Source: Candidatus Geohabitans tengchongensis
GTDB lineage: Bacteria; Sysuimicrobiota; Sysuimicrobiia; Sysuimicrobiales; Humicultoraceae
Assembly (NCBI GenBank): GCA_031459625.1
Contig: JAVKIH010000019.1
Span: forward strand, 1-45,488
Direction of reading: 5' to 3'
DNA: 45,488 bases
The position numbers were made by a program, and so were the translations under genes. This document shows positions 9,436 through 18,477 of the stretch, piece by piece (the stretch's first letter is position 1; every line of letters starts with the position of its first letter). The notes beneath the pieces are model-generated. The model was not told where the DNA came from, did not search any database, and was given only the letters and a program-made list of their open reading frames with translations.

Positions 9436-10107
9436 TCATCCCATCACCCGGTCGAGGGCGCGGCGGAACTGGGCGGTGGCGGCGGCGACGCTGGCGGGAT
9501 CGGCGCCCGTGACCACCGCGCCGATCATCACCGCCCACACCCCGGGGATGGCGAAGTAACGCTCCAGGTCCTCGGGGCGCAGCCGCCGCTGGCTGGGGAC
9601 GATGAGGCGGCGCCCGCTGGCCTCGGCGGCCTGGGCCAGCGCCACCAGGTCGCCCGCCACGGGCGGCCGGCCGTAGCCGTCGGGTGGGACCAGCGCGGCC
9701 TCGGCCCACTCCCCCGGCAGCGCCCGCAGCGCCGCGAGCGCCGCCGGCGGGAAGTCGTGGGGGATCGCCGGGATCACCGGCACCCCCGCGTCGTAGAGGT
9801 AGAGCGGCAGCCGGGTGAGGTAGGCGTCGAGGAAGGCGAAGCGCCGCAGCGCCGGGACCTCCTCGGGCCGGACCATCTCCTCCTCCCCGGGCACGAGCCC
9901 CACCGGCACTCCCACGCGCAGCACGCGCTCCAGGCGGTCCATCTCCACGGCGAGGGGGCCGAAGACCGTCCCCGAGGCGCGGTGGCGCACGTTCACGTGC
10001 GCCTTGAGCAGGTCCGCCCCGCCGTCGGCCGCGGCGCGCGCCAGCGCGGGGTCGTTGCGGGGCAGGCTGACGATCAGCAGCCCGCGCCGGTCGTACCAGG
10101 CCGGCAC
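9436..10107 (-). CDS. Hypothetical protein, possibly a TIM barrel
   Basis: Fills the gap in the operon with host-like codon usage; GGADLLK and AVMIGAVVTG resemble phosphate-binding barrels. Confidence 0.7.
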   Translation of the reverse strand: MPAWYDRRGLLIVSLPRNDPALARAAADGGADLLKAHVNVRHRASGTVFGPLAVEMDRLERVLRVGVPVGLVPGEEEMVRPEEVPALRRFAFLDAYLTRLPLYLYDAGVPVIPAIPHDFPPAALAALRALPGEWAEAALVPPDGYGRPPVAGDLVALAQAAEASGRRLIVPSQRRLRPEDLERYFAIPGVWAVMIGAVVTGADPASVAAATAQFRRALDRVMG

Positions 10108-10108
10108 C

Positions 10109-11440
10109 CTACGCCTCCGTCCCCGGCACGGGGAAGGCGCGGCAGAAGTCGCGCACCGCGTCGCGGATGCGGGCCAGCGCCTCGTCGGCGGCGATGGCGG
10201 CGCGGAAGGCCCGCAGGGCCTTCGCCCGCTCCTCGCGCCCTTCGGGCAGCGTGAAGCCGCTGATCCGCTCCGCCACCTCGGCGATCCACGCGGCCAGCTG
10301 GCGCATCTCCCCCTCGCGCATGCCCCGGGTGGTGGCCGCCGGCGTGCCCAGCCGGATCCCCGACGGGTAGAAGGGGCTGCTGGGCTCGCCGGGGATGGTG
10401 TTCTTGTTCACGGTGATGCCGACGCGGTCGAGGGCCTCCTGCAGGAAGATGCCGCGCCCCGGGCCCGTCGGGGTGAGGTCGACGAGCAGCATGTGGTTGT
10501 CGGTGCCGCCGGTGACCAGGCGGAACCCGTGCGCCAGCAGCGCCTCGCCCAGGGCCCTGGCATTGCGCACGACCTGCCGGCCGTACTCGACGAACTCCGG
10601 CTGCATGGCCTCGCCGAGGGCCACGGCGATGGCCGCCGTCTGGTGGTCGTGCGGGCCGCCCTGCAGGCCGGGGAAGACGGCACGGTCGACCTTCTCCGCC
10701 AGCTCGGGGTCCTTGGCCAGCCCCTTCTCCGTCACCAGGATCATGGCGCCGCGGGGGCCGCGCAGCGTCTTGTGGGTCGTGGTGGTGACGACGTGGGCGT
10801 AGGGCACCGGGCTCTTGTGCACCCCGGCGATGACGAGGCCGGCCACGTGGGCGATGTCGGCGGCGAAGTAGGCGTCCACCTCGTCGGCGACGCGGGCGAG
10901 CTCCTCGAAGGGGAACTCCCGCACGTAGGCGGTGGCGCCGCACCAGATCAGGCGCGGCCGGTGCTCGCGGGCCAGGCGCCACACCTCGTCCAGGTCGATG
11001 TAGCCGTCGGGGCGCACGTGGTAGGGGACGCTGCGGAAGAACGACCCGGTGACGCTGACCGGCCACCCGTGCGTCAGGTGCCCGCCGTCGGGCAGGTTCT
11101 GCCCCATGATCACGTCCCCGGGCCGGCAGGTGGCCACGTAGACGGCCAGGTTGGCCGGGCTGCCCGAGTAGGGCTGCACGTTGGCGTGGGGCGTGCCGAA
11201 GAGGCGGCGGGCGCGCTCCTGGGCGAGGCGCTCCACCGCGTCCACGTGCTCGTTGCCGCCGTAGTAGCGCCGGCCAGGGTAGCCCTCGGAGTACTTGTTG
11301 GTGAAGACGGTCCCCAGCGCCTCCAGCACGGCAGCGGAGACGTAGTTCTCCGAGGGGATCAGCTCGACGCCCTCGAGCTGGCGCCGCCGCTCCGCCTGCA
11401 GGATCTCGAAGACCTCAGGATCGCGCTCGCGCAGGCTCAT
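10109..11440 (-). CDS. glyA: Serine hydroxymethyltransferase
   Basis: LIPSENY, NKYSEGYPGRRYYGG, GGHLTHG, TTTTHKTLRGPRG. Confidence 0.98.
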   Translation of the reverse strand: MSLRERDPEVFEILQAERRRQLEGVELIPSENYVSAAVLEALGTVFTNKYSEGYPGRRYYGGNEHVDAVERLAQERARRLFGTPHANVQPYSGSPANLAVYVATCRPGDVIMGQNLPDGGHLTHGWPVSVTGSFFRSVPYHVRPDGYIDLDEVWRLAREHRPRLIWCGATAYVREFPFEELARVADEVDAYFAADIAHVAGLVIAGVHKSPVPYAHVVTTTTHKTLRGPRGAMILVTEKGLAKDPELAEKVDRAVFPGLQGGPHDHQTAAIAVALGEAMQPEFVEYGRQVVRNARALGEALLAHGFRLVTGGTDNHMLLVDLTPTGPGRGIFLQEALDRVGITVNKNTIPGEPSSPFYPSGIRLGTPAATTRGMREGEMRQLAAWIAEVAERISGFTLPEGREERAKALRAFRAAIAADEALARIRDAVRDFCRAFPVPGTEA

Positions 11441-11493
11441 TCAGGCACCTCTCACGACCCCCACAGACGCCTCGCCCTGCCGGGGCCGGTCCA

Positions 11494-12912
11494 CTATCCC
11501 AGGAACGCCCCGGCCCGCCGCAGGCGCGCCTGCAGCTCGCCCACCGCCACCTCCCGCGGCCCCACCCCGGCGCGGGCGCCCATGGCCGCCGCCGTCCCCG
11601 CGGCCTGGGCGATGGCCATGACGATGGCGCTCACCCGGAAGGCGGCGAAGGCCTCGTGAGTGGCGGAGATGCACCGCCCGGCCACCACCCAGTTGTGGCC
11701 GCCGCGCGGGAGCAGCGACCGGTACGGGATGGTGTAGAAGTCCCCTGCGGGCAGCCGCATCGCCACCAGGCGCGCCGAGGCCGGGTCGTGGATGTCGATG
11801 GGGTAGGCGCCGCAGGCGACCGCGTCCTCAAACTTCCGCCCGGCCAGGATGTCTTCCTGTGTCAGCACGTAGTCTCCGATGATGCGGCGGGTCTCGCGTA
11901 CCCCGATCTGCGCCGGGGTCTCCAGCAGGTAGGCGCCGGCGAAGCCGGGGACGCGGGCGCGCAGGAAGTCTACCACCTGGTAGGCCTGGCGGCGCCCCTC
12001 CACCTCGGCGGCGGCCAGGTCGCGCCCCACGGTGCCGAGCCGCCCCAGCACCCGCGTCGTGTTCACCACCGCCTCCCCCGGCCGCACCCCCTCGAAGACG
12101 AGGAGGCGGTCGCGGGGAACGGTCCACTCGCCGCTGGCGCGGGCGGCCTCCACCAGCGTCTTGAAGCCGGCGAAGCCGCGGACGGGCAGGCGGCGCAGCC
12201 ACTCCACGTCGAGGCGCTCCCGCACCCCCTGCCCGTGCTGGACCTCCTCGGGGTGCTCGCCGAGGTAGGCCATGACGGCCTCCCAGTCCACGCCGCCGAG
12301 GCGCATCATCAGCGTCATCGGCTGGACGCGCCCGTCCGATGGCCGGCCGACCTCGGCCGCCCCGCCAGCGCTGACGGTCAGGTCGGCGTCGCCGGAGGCG
12401 TCCACGTACACGGCAGCCTCGAGGCGCTTCACCCCGTCCTTCTGCCAGACGCGCACCGCGCCGATGCGCCCGTCCGCCGCCTCGGCCTCCAGGAAGACGG
12501 TGTGCAGCCACAGGTGCACCCCCGCCTCCACGGCCAGCTCCAGCAAGACGCGCTTGAGCCCCTCGTAGTCGAAAGGGGTGACGGTGTAGGCGAAGTCCAC
12601 CGGGTCGGGGACGTGGCCGGGGGAGGCCCCCAGCGCTACCAGGCGGTCCACGATCTCCTGGGGGATCCCCTGCACGACCTGGCGCTCGCCGGCATGGAAG
12701 CCCATGATCGGCGCCACCATCGCCGCGGTGAGGGTGCCGCCGAGGAAGCCGTACCGCTCCACGCACGCCACCTGTGCCCCCTCGCGCGCCGCGGCGACGC
12801 TGGCCACGGTGCCGGCCGGCCCGCCGCCGATGACGACCACGTCGTAGCGTTCACCCGGCTGTCCGGGCGCCGCCCGTGGGATCTCCGCCCCTGCGGGGCC
12901 GCGAACGCTCAC
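11494..12912 (-). CDS. FAD-dependent oxidoreductase
   Basis: DVVVIGGGPAG, DASGDAD, GVRETRRI, IPYRSL, AGRCISATH. Confidence 0.9.
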   Translation of the reverse strand: MSVRGPAGAEIPRAAPGQPGERYDVVVIGGGPAGTVASVAAAREGAQVACVERYGFLGGTLTAAMVAPIMGFHAGERQVVQGIPQEIVDRLVALGASPGHVPDPVDFAYTVTPFDYEGLKRVLLELAVEAGVHLWLHTVFLEAEAADGRIGAVRVWQKDGVKRLEAAVYVDASGDADLTVSAGGAAEVGRPSDGRVQPMTLMMRLGGVDWEAVMAYLGEHPEEVQHGQGVRERLDVEWLRRLPVRGFAGFKTLVEAARASGEWTVPRDRLLVFEGVRPGEAVVNTTRVLGRLGTVGRDLAAAEVEGRRQAYQVVDFLRARVPGFAGAYLLETPAQIGVRETRRIIGDYVLTQEDILAGRKFEDAVACGAYPIDIHDPASARLVAMRLPAGDFYTIPYRSLLPRGGHNWVVAGRCISATHEAFAAFRVSAIVMAIAQAAGTAAAMGARAGVGPREVAVGELQARLRRAGAFLG

Positions 12913-13604
12913 GGGCGGCGCTCCTCCGGAACCAGCCTCCCTGGTCCGGCTGGCCGAGACCCGCGCATGGCCGCGACAGAACGGTCTCGAGCCCCTGAAC
13001 GCTCCTGGGCATGCACGAGGCCCGCCATCCGGCGGACCGCCCGCTGCAGCTCGGCGGCCATGGGCCCACCTTCCCGTTCCAGGAAGATCCGGGCGGCCCG
13101 CCGGTAGTACCAGAGGAGGTCACGCGGACTGCGCGGCCGGAAGCGCTCCCAGACCCGGTCTCCCACCCGGGCGTGGTCCGCCAGGATGGCCCGGGCGTTG
13201 TGCAACTTGTCCGCCAGCGAGACCCTCAGCACCTCGCGCGGGACGTGGCGCAGGTGGGCCAGGTAGGCCTCCTTGCGCAGCCGCCAGGGCGGTTTTGGCT
13301 CGTCGACCGTGTCGGTGCAGCCTTCGACGATCGCCAGCACCCGCGGGCCGAACCTGCGCCTGATCTCGGCCCGCCGCACTGCGACGGGGACCCCACCGCG
13401 GTCCTCCAGCGCGTCATGGAGGAGGGCGGCAACGGCCTGTGCCTCGTCGCCGCCGTCCTCGAGCACCAGGGCGGCCACGCCCAGGAGGTGCGCGACGTAG
13501 GAGACGCGGGTCCCCTTGCGGGGCTGCTTCGCGTGCCAGCGGACCGCGCAGCGCAGCGCCGCCTCGAACCGCGGCGACGAGGCAACGGGGCGGGGACCGG
13601 TCAT
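12909..13604 (-). CDS. HD-domain hydrolase (RelA/SpoT-type small alarmone hydrolase / Mesh1-like)
   Basis: HAKQPRKG..YVAHL..LLHDALED..VEGCTD..ADKLHN. The true start is ATG 13604 (ATGA overlap), inside the longer listed ORF. Confidence 0.85.
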   Translation of the reverse strand: MTGPRPVASSPRFEAALRCAVRWHAKQPRKGTRVSYVAHLLGVAALVLEDGGDEAQAVAALLHDALEDRGGVPVAVRRAEIRRRFGPRVLAIVEGCTDTVDEPKPPWRLRKEAYLAHLRHVPREVLRVSLADKLHNARAILADHARVGDRVWERFRPRSPRDLLWYYRRAARIFLEREGGPMAAELQRAVRRMAGLVHAQERSGARDRSVAAMRGSRPAGPGRLVPEERRP

Positions 13605-15670
13605 CCCGGCACCTCCCGCTCGGCCCGCGCCTCCACCTCCCGGATGAAGACGGACTTCGCGAAGGTGTCGCTGTGGGTGGTGACGTGCCCGGCGGCCAGC
13701 TCCCGCTTCAGCCGGGCGTAGGCCGCCGCCTCCTCCGGGTGGGCTCGCAGGTAGTCGCGGAAGCGCAGGTACCGCTGCCAGAAGGGACTTCCCACCACGA
13801 CCGCGTGCACCTGGGCCACCCGCTCCCCGCGGGCGTTGTTGCGCCGGAAGTAGCGGCGGTTGGGCATGGAGACCTCCAGCTCGGGGACGTACTCGTACCC
13901 GAGGCGGCCCAGCGGCTCGACCAGGCGGTCCAGGTCCTCGAGCCGGGCCACCCCGATCATGATGTCCAGGACCGGCTTGGCCGCCAGGCCGGGCACGGCC
14001 GTGCTCCCCACGTGCTCGATGCGCGGGGCGGGATGGAGCGCAGCCAGGGCGTCGGCCAGCAACGCCCGCTCCGACTCGAAGAGCGCCGGCCAGCGCGGGT
14101 CGTAGTCCACCACCACCGGTGGGCGCGGCTGCGGGCCGGTGCCGCCCAGGGAGAAGTCCACCGCCGCCTCGAAGAGACGGTTCCACGGGAAGCGCACGCC
14201 CTGCACCTCGACCGGCGCGCCGAAGGTGCGGGCGAGCGGCGGGGCGACCTGCTCCCGGAAGAGGCGCAGGGCCGCCGCCTCGAGGGTCGGGCGGCCGTCG
14301 GCCAGGTGGGACGGGCTGACCCCCTGCTCCAGCGCCAGCGCCCGCAGCGCCGGCCGCACCACCGCCTGGTAGCCCCAGTCGTCGAGCAGGCGGGCCAGCA
14401 GCATGCGGCGCGCCGCGCGGTCGGAGCCGTTCACGGTGGACCGTCGCAGGTGGTAGACGACCACCGCCTGGGCCAGCGCCGAGCCCAGGGTGTTGCTGGC
14501 GGTGTTCCACCCGGCGTAGGCCACGATGCCGGCGAAGGCGCGTTCGGTGAGCAGCCGCTCCACCAGCCGCCGGTCGGCGCCGTTGGCGAAGCGCACGTCC
14601 GCCAGCGCCACCACGCGCTCCTCCCGCACCGCCCCCCGCACCTGGTCCGCGGCAGCCGCGTCCTCCGGCGCCCACTCGCCGGCGACGTCCGGCTGCCCGT
14701 CCTGTCCCATCGCCTCCTGCTGCTCCGGGCCGGCGACGTTGTGCACCCACAGGAGGATGTCCTCGTCACCTTCCACCGGGCGGCAGCCGCAGGTGGCCAC
14801 GTGCTCCAGGACCGTCCGGGCCAGCGGCACGGACTCGTAGCGGGGGACCAGCCCGGCCGCCCCGGGCGCCGTGTACAGGACCCGCACGCGCGGCGCCTCG
14901 CCCGTGGCCTCGTTCAGCCAGCGGGCGAACAGCCGCGCCCCCAGCTCGTCCGCGCCGGTCGTCACCGCCGCCGTGCGCGCCTCCAGCGCCCGCGCCAGGC
15001 GCTCCAGCACCTCGCGGTCCTGGCGCGAGAGGCTGCGCGGGGTGGCGTCGTCCTGCCCCACCAGGAGCGCGCGCAGGCGCCCGCGGGCCGCCGCGGCCAG
15101 CAGCTCCACCGCCACCAGCAGGTGGCGCTGCCGCTGGCGCAGGAGCGCGTCCACCACCGAGCCGGGGAGGCGGTCGGCCGCTTCCTGCACCGCTCCGTAG
15201 GCCTCCGGCCCCGCCGCCCGGAAGGCGTCCACGGCGGCCATGTAGGCGTGGAGCGCCTCGCCGTACTCCTCCCAGTAGGCCGGGTCCTCCTCTCCGCCAC
15301 CGGCGACCGGCGTGCGCAGGACCACCGCGCCCAGGTAGGTGGGGATGCGCGCCGCCAAGGCCTGCACCCGGTCGAGCCAGGGGAGGAGGGCGCGCCAGGG
15401 GCGGACGGACTTGCGCGAGGCGACGAGCCCGCCGAAGCACAGCATCTCAACGGCGGCGATGCAGGCCACCGGGGAGCTGCGCGCCGCCTCGGTGTCGATC
15501 CACGCCCACAGCGCCTCCAGGTCGGCGGCGCGGTAGCGGTCGCCCAGCAGCTCGAGCGGCGGCGTCCGCACCTCCACTCCGGCGGCGCGGGCCAGGTCGA
15601 GGACCGTCTCGCGCGTGGCCGGCCGGTCGTCCAGCGGGACGAAGAGGAGCGGACCGGGCGGCGTCGCCAT
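13601..15670 (-). CDS. DUF4127-family protein fused to a C-terminal GrpB/UPF0157 domain
   Basis: VPLDDRP, GGLVASR, GQDD, GADE, YAGWNTASN, LLDDWGYQ, FPWNRLFE (DUF4127); then YDPRWP..IEHVGSTAVPGLAAKPVLDI..FRDYLR..Y..LK (GrpB). Confidence 0.85.
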   Translation of the reverse strand: MATPPGPLLFVPLDDRPATRETVLDLARAAGVEVRTPPLELLGDRYRAADLEALWAWIDTEAARSSPVACIAAVEMLCFGGLVASRKSVRPWRALLPWLDRVQALAARIPTYLGAVVLRTPVAGGGEEDPAYWEEYGEALHAYMAAVDAFRAAGPEAYGAVQEAADRLPGSVVDALLRQRQRHLLVAVELLAAAARGRLRALLVGQDDATPRSLSRQDREVLERLARALEARTAAVTTGADELGARLFARWLNEATGEAPRVRVLYTAPGAAGLVPRYESVPLARTVLEHVATCGCRPVEGDEDILLWVHNVAGPEQQEAMGQDGQPDVAGEWAPEDAAAADQVRGAVREERVVALADVRFANGADRRLVERLLTERAFAGIVAYAGWNTASNTLGSALAQAVVVYHLRRSTVNGSDRAARRMLLARLLDDWGYQAVVRPALRALALEQGVSPSHLADGRPTLEAAALRLFREQVAPPLARTFGAPVEVQGVRFPWNRLFEAAVDFSLGGTGPQPRPPVVVDYDPRWPALFESERALLADALAALHPAPRIEHVGSTAVPGLAAKPVLDIMIGVARLEDLDRLVEPLGRLGYEYVPELEVSMPNRRYFRRNNARGERVAQVHAVVVGSPFWQRYLRFRDYLRAHPEEAAAYARLKRELAAGHVTTHSDTFAKSVFIREVEARAEREVPG

Positions 15671-15673
15671 GCC

Positions 15674-16468
15674 CTAGCGCACCGCCCCCAGCGTGATGCC
15701 GCGGACGAAGTAGCGCTGGGTGAAGACGAAGACCACCAGGATGGGGATAGTCATGATCACCGCCCCCGCGGCGATGAGCCGGGTGTTGTGGGCGAAGAGC
15801 CCCGACAGGTAGAGCAACCCCACCGCCAGCGGGTAGCGCTCCGGGGACTTCAGCACGACCAGCGGCCAGAGGAAGGAGTTCCAGAAGGCCACGAACTCGA
15901 AGATGGCCAGCGTGGCCAGCCCGGGGGCGATGAGCGGCAGCATGATGCGCCGCCAGATGGCGAACTCCGAGGCCCCGTCGATGCGTGCGGCGTCCTCCAG
16001 CTCCTGGGGGATGGTCAGGTACTGCTGGCGCAGCAGGAAGATGCCGAAGACCGAGACCGCGCTTGGCAGCACCACCGCGGCGTAGGTGTCGATGAGGCGC
16101 AGCTTCGTCATGGTGACGAAGTTCACGATGAGCCCCACGTGCCCCGGCAGCATCAGCGTGCTCAACAGGGCGAAGAAGACCAGGTGGCGGCCGGGGAAGC
16201 GCATCCGCGCCAGCGGGTAGGCCGCCAGCGCGCACAGCAGCAGGTTCAGGCCGACCCCCGCCCCGGTGATGAGCACGGTGTTCAGCAGGAAGCGCGGGAT
16301 GGGCATCGTCCGCCACACCCCGAGGAAGTTGTCCAGGCCGACCGGCCAGGGCAGCGGCGGGGGGAAGCCGAAGACGCGCCCGCCCACCCGCAGCGCCGTG
16401 GCCAGCAGCCACAGGAAGGGGAAGGCGGTGAAGAGGGCGAGCAGGCTCAGGCCCGCGTAGGTCAGCAC
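15674..16468 (-). CDS. Carbohydrate ABC transporter permease (MalG-like); start may be ATT at 16519
   Basis: EAA loop ELEDAARIDGAS, WNSFLWP, QRYFVRGI. Confidence 0.93.
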   Translation of the reverse strand: MLTYAGLSLLALFTAFPFLWLLATALRVGGRVFGFPPPLPWPVGLDNFLGVWRTMPIPRFLLNTVLITGAGVGLNLLLCALAAYPLARMRFPGRHLVFFALLSTLMLPGHVGLIVNFVTMTKLRLIDTYAAVVLPSAVSVFGIFLLRQQYLTIPQELEDAARIDGASEFAIWRRIMLPLIAPGLATLAIFEFVAFWNSFLWPLVVLKSPERYPLAVGLLYLSGLFAHNTRLIAAGAVIMTIPILVVFVFTQRYFVRGITLGAVR

Positions 16469-16511
16469 CGTGCGGGCGCGGGCCCCGCGGGACGGCCGGC
16501 GCGGGCGGCGG

Positions 16512-17495
16512 CTAGTAATCTTCGAACCCTCCCCGCCGGAAGACGACGAAGTTCACCGCCGAGAGCGCCATCACCCCGACGGCCAGCACCACCGCCACCG
16601 CCGCGGCGTAGCCGAAGTCGAAGCGCTGGAAGCCCACGTCGAAGATGTAGAAGAACAGGGTGAAGGTGCGGAACATCGGGCCGCCGCCGGTCATGACGTA
16701 GATCTCCTCGAAGACCTTCACCGCGGCGATCACCGAGATGGTGCTGGCCACCAGGATGGCCGGCCGCAGCAGCGGCAGGGTGATGTGGCGGAAGACCTGC
16801 CAGCGGCCGGCGCCGTCGATCATGGCCGCCTCCTCGTACTCCGGCGAGATCGCCTGCAGCCCGGCCAGGTAGATCACCATGTAGTAGCCAAGCCCCTTCC
16901 ACAGCGTCACGAACATCACGGCGTAGAGCGCCAGGGTGGGGTGGCCGAGCCAGGCGATGGGCCGGTCCAGCAGGCCCAGGCGCGTGAGGACGTAGTTGAT
17001 GATCCCGTCCTGCTCGTAGAGCCACCGCCAGACCAGGCCGACGACGACGATGGAGGTGATCACCGGCACGTAGTAGGCGGCACGGAACCAGGCGATCCCG
17101 CGCAGCGGCCGGTTGACCGCCACGGCCAGCAGGATGGCGCAGACCTGCAGGACCGGCACCACCAGCACGTACTTCAAGGAGTTCGAGAGGGCGAGCCAGA
17201 AGAAGCGGTCCTCCCACAGCCGCCGGAAGTGCGCCAGCCCGACGAAGCGGGCGGGCTCGGTGCCGAGCAGCGTGCGCAGGTTGAACTCGTAGAGGCTGAG
17301 CACCGTGCCGAAGGCCACCGGGTAGAAGGTGAAGAGGGCGAGCAGCGCCAGGCCCGGCAGGAGGAAGAGGTAGGCGATGGCGGTGGTTCGCCACTCCCGC
17401 ACCGTCAGGCCCAGCACGCGGCGCCGCCGGATGCCGGGGGCGGCCAGCGCGGGGGCGGCCTGGGGCGGCGCGACGGCCTCAGGGGGCCAGCGCAT
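16512..17495 (-). CDS. Carbohydrate ABC transporter permease (MalF-like)
   Basis: FVGLAHF, YEEAAMIDGA, MTGGGP, FGYAAA. Confidence 0.93.
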   Translation of the reverse strand: MRWPPEAVAPPQAAPALAAPGIRRRRVLGLTVREWRTTAIAYLFLLPGLALLALFTFYPVAFGTVLSLYEFNLRTLLGTEPARFVGLAHFRRLWEDRFFWLALSNSLKYVLVVPVLQVCAILLAVAVNRPLRGIAWFRAAYYVPVITSIVVVGLVWRWLYEQDGIINYVLTRLGLLDRPIAWLGHPTLALYAVMFVTLWKGLGYYMVIYLAGLQAISPEYEEAAMIDGAGRWQVFRHITLPLLRPAILVASTISVIAAVKVFEEIYVMTGGGPMFRTFTLFFYIFDVGFQRFDFGYAAAVAVVLAVGVMALSAVNFVVFRRGGFEDY

Positions 17496-18477
17496 GGCAC
17501 AGCCGGCGCAGCGACTCCACGTACCGGTAGTTGACGTCCATGTGGTCGTCGTCGAACTCCTGGTGCTCGTGCGGGACCCCCAGGCGCTCCAGGCGACGGT
17601 GGAGGATGCGCGCCCCGTAGTGCAGGGCGAACTGGTCCCGGCTGCCGCACTCGATGTAGACCAGGCGCATCCCCCGCAGGGCGTCGGCGTGGCGCTCCAC
17701 CATCACCACGGGGTCCCAGGCCAGCCAGCGCGCCCACACCGCCTCGTCCAGCTCGCCGGTCTCCACGTCCACCGGCAGGTCGAACCCCAGCGGCGCGGCC
17801 GGGTTGGGGGAGTAGGCCATGGCCATCGCCACCAGGAGGACCAGGGCCTCCACCATCTCCTGGGGCTTCTTCGGCGCGGCGTCGAAGGCCCGCAGGAAGG
17901 CCTCCAGCCCGCCGTGCTTGCGGACCGTGTCCAGGCCCTTCCAGAACGCGGGCTTGTAGCAGGCCTCGAAGTACATGTCGCCGCTGTGCGCGGCCACCGC
18001 GCCGAAGACCTCGGGGTGGCGCATCGCCTGGACGAGGGCCCCGTACCCGCCGCTCGACTTACCGTCGAGGCCGCGGTGCCGGGCGGCGGGTCGCGTCTTG
18101 TAGCGGCCGTCGATGACGCCCACCAGCTCGAGCAGCGCGTCCTCGTACCGCCCCGTGGCCGAGGAGTTCAGGTACTGGCTGCCGCCGTAGCGGGTGAAGC
18201 CGTCGGCCATCACCAATAGCGCCGGCGGCGCGCCCTCGGCGATCACCCGGTCCATCAGCTCGGGGAGCGAGGGCACCCACGGCCTGTAGTTCACCTGCCC
18301 CAGTCCGGTGCCGGTGAAGCCGTGGAGCCAGTAGATGACGGGGTACGGGCCGCCCGCCTCGTAGCCCGGCGGCAGGTAGACGGGGATGGCCCGCTCCGCG
18401 GGGTCACCCAGGGGGTTGTCCTGCAGCGACGCGAAGGTGACCCACTCGATGCGCACCTGTCCCCGCAGCCGCATCAT
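17479..18477 (-). CDS. Putative esterase (enterochelin esterase / XynC-like alpha/beta-hydrolase)
   Basis: VYLPPGY..YPVIYWLHG, GKSSGGYGA, C-terminal DDDH; start ATG 18477 overlaps the GH20 stop. Confidence 0.85.
   Translation of the reverse strand: MMRLRGQVRIEWVTFASLQDNPLGDPAERAIPVYLPPGYEAGGPYPVIYWLHGFTGTGLGQVNYRPWVPSLPELMDRVIAEGAPPALLVMADGFTRYGGSQYLNSSATGRYEDALLELVGVIDGRYKTRPAARHRGLDGKSSGGYGALVQAMRHPEVFGAVAAHSGDMYFEACYKPAFWKGLDTVRKHGGLEAFLRAFDAAPKKPQEMVEALVLLVAMAMAYSPNPAAPLGFDLPVDVETGELDEAVWARWLAWDPVVMVERHADALRGMRLVYIECGSRDQFALHYGARILHRRLERLGVPHEHQEFDDDHMDVNYRYVESLRRLCHALAP

Noticed and set aside
2386..18477. The two alpha/beta-hydrolases as possible gasdermin-activating proteases
   Set aside because: They lie 10-25 kb away in metabolic operons and have esterase-type motifs; nothing links them to the gasdermin.
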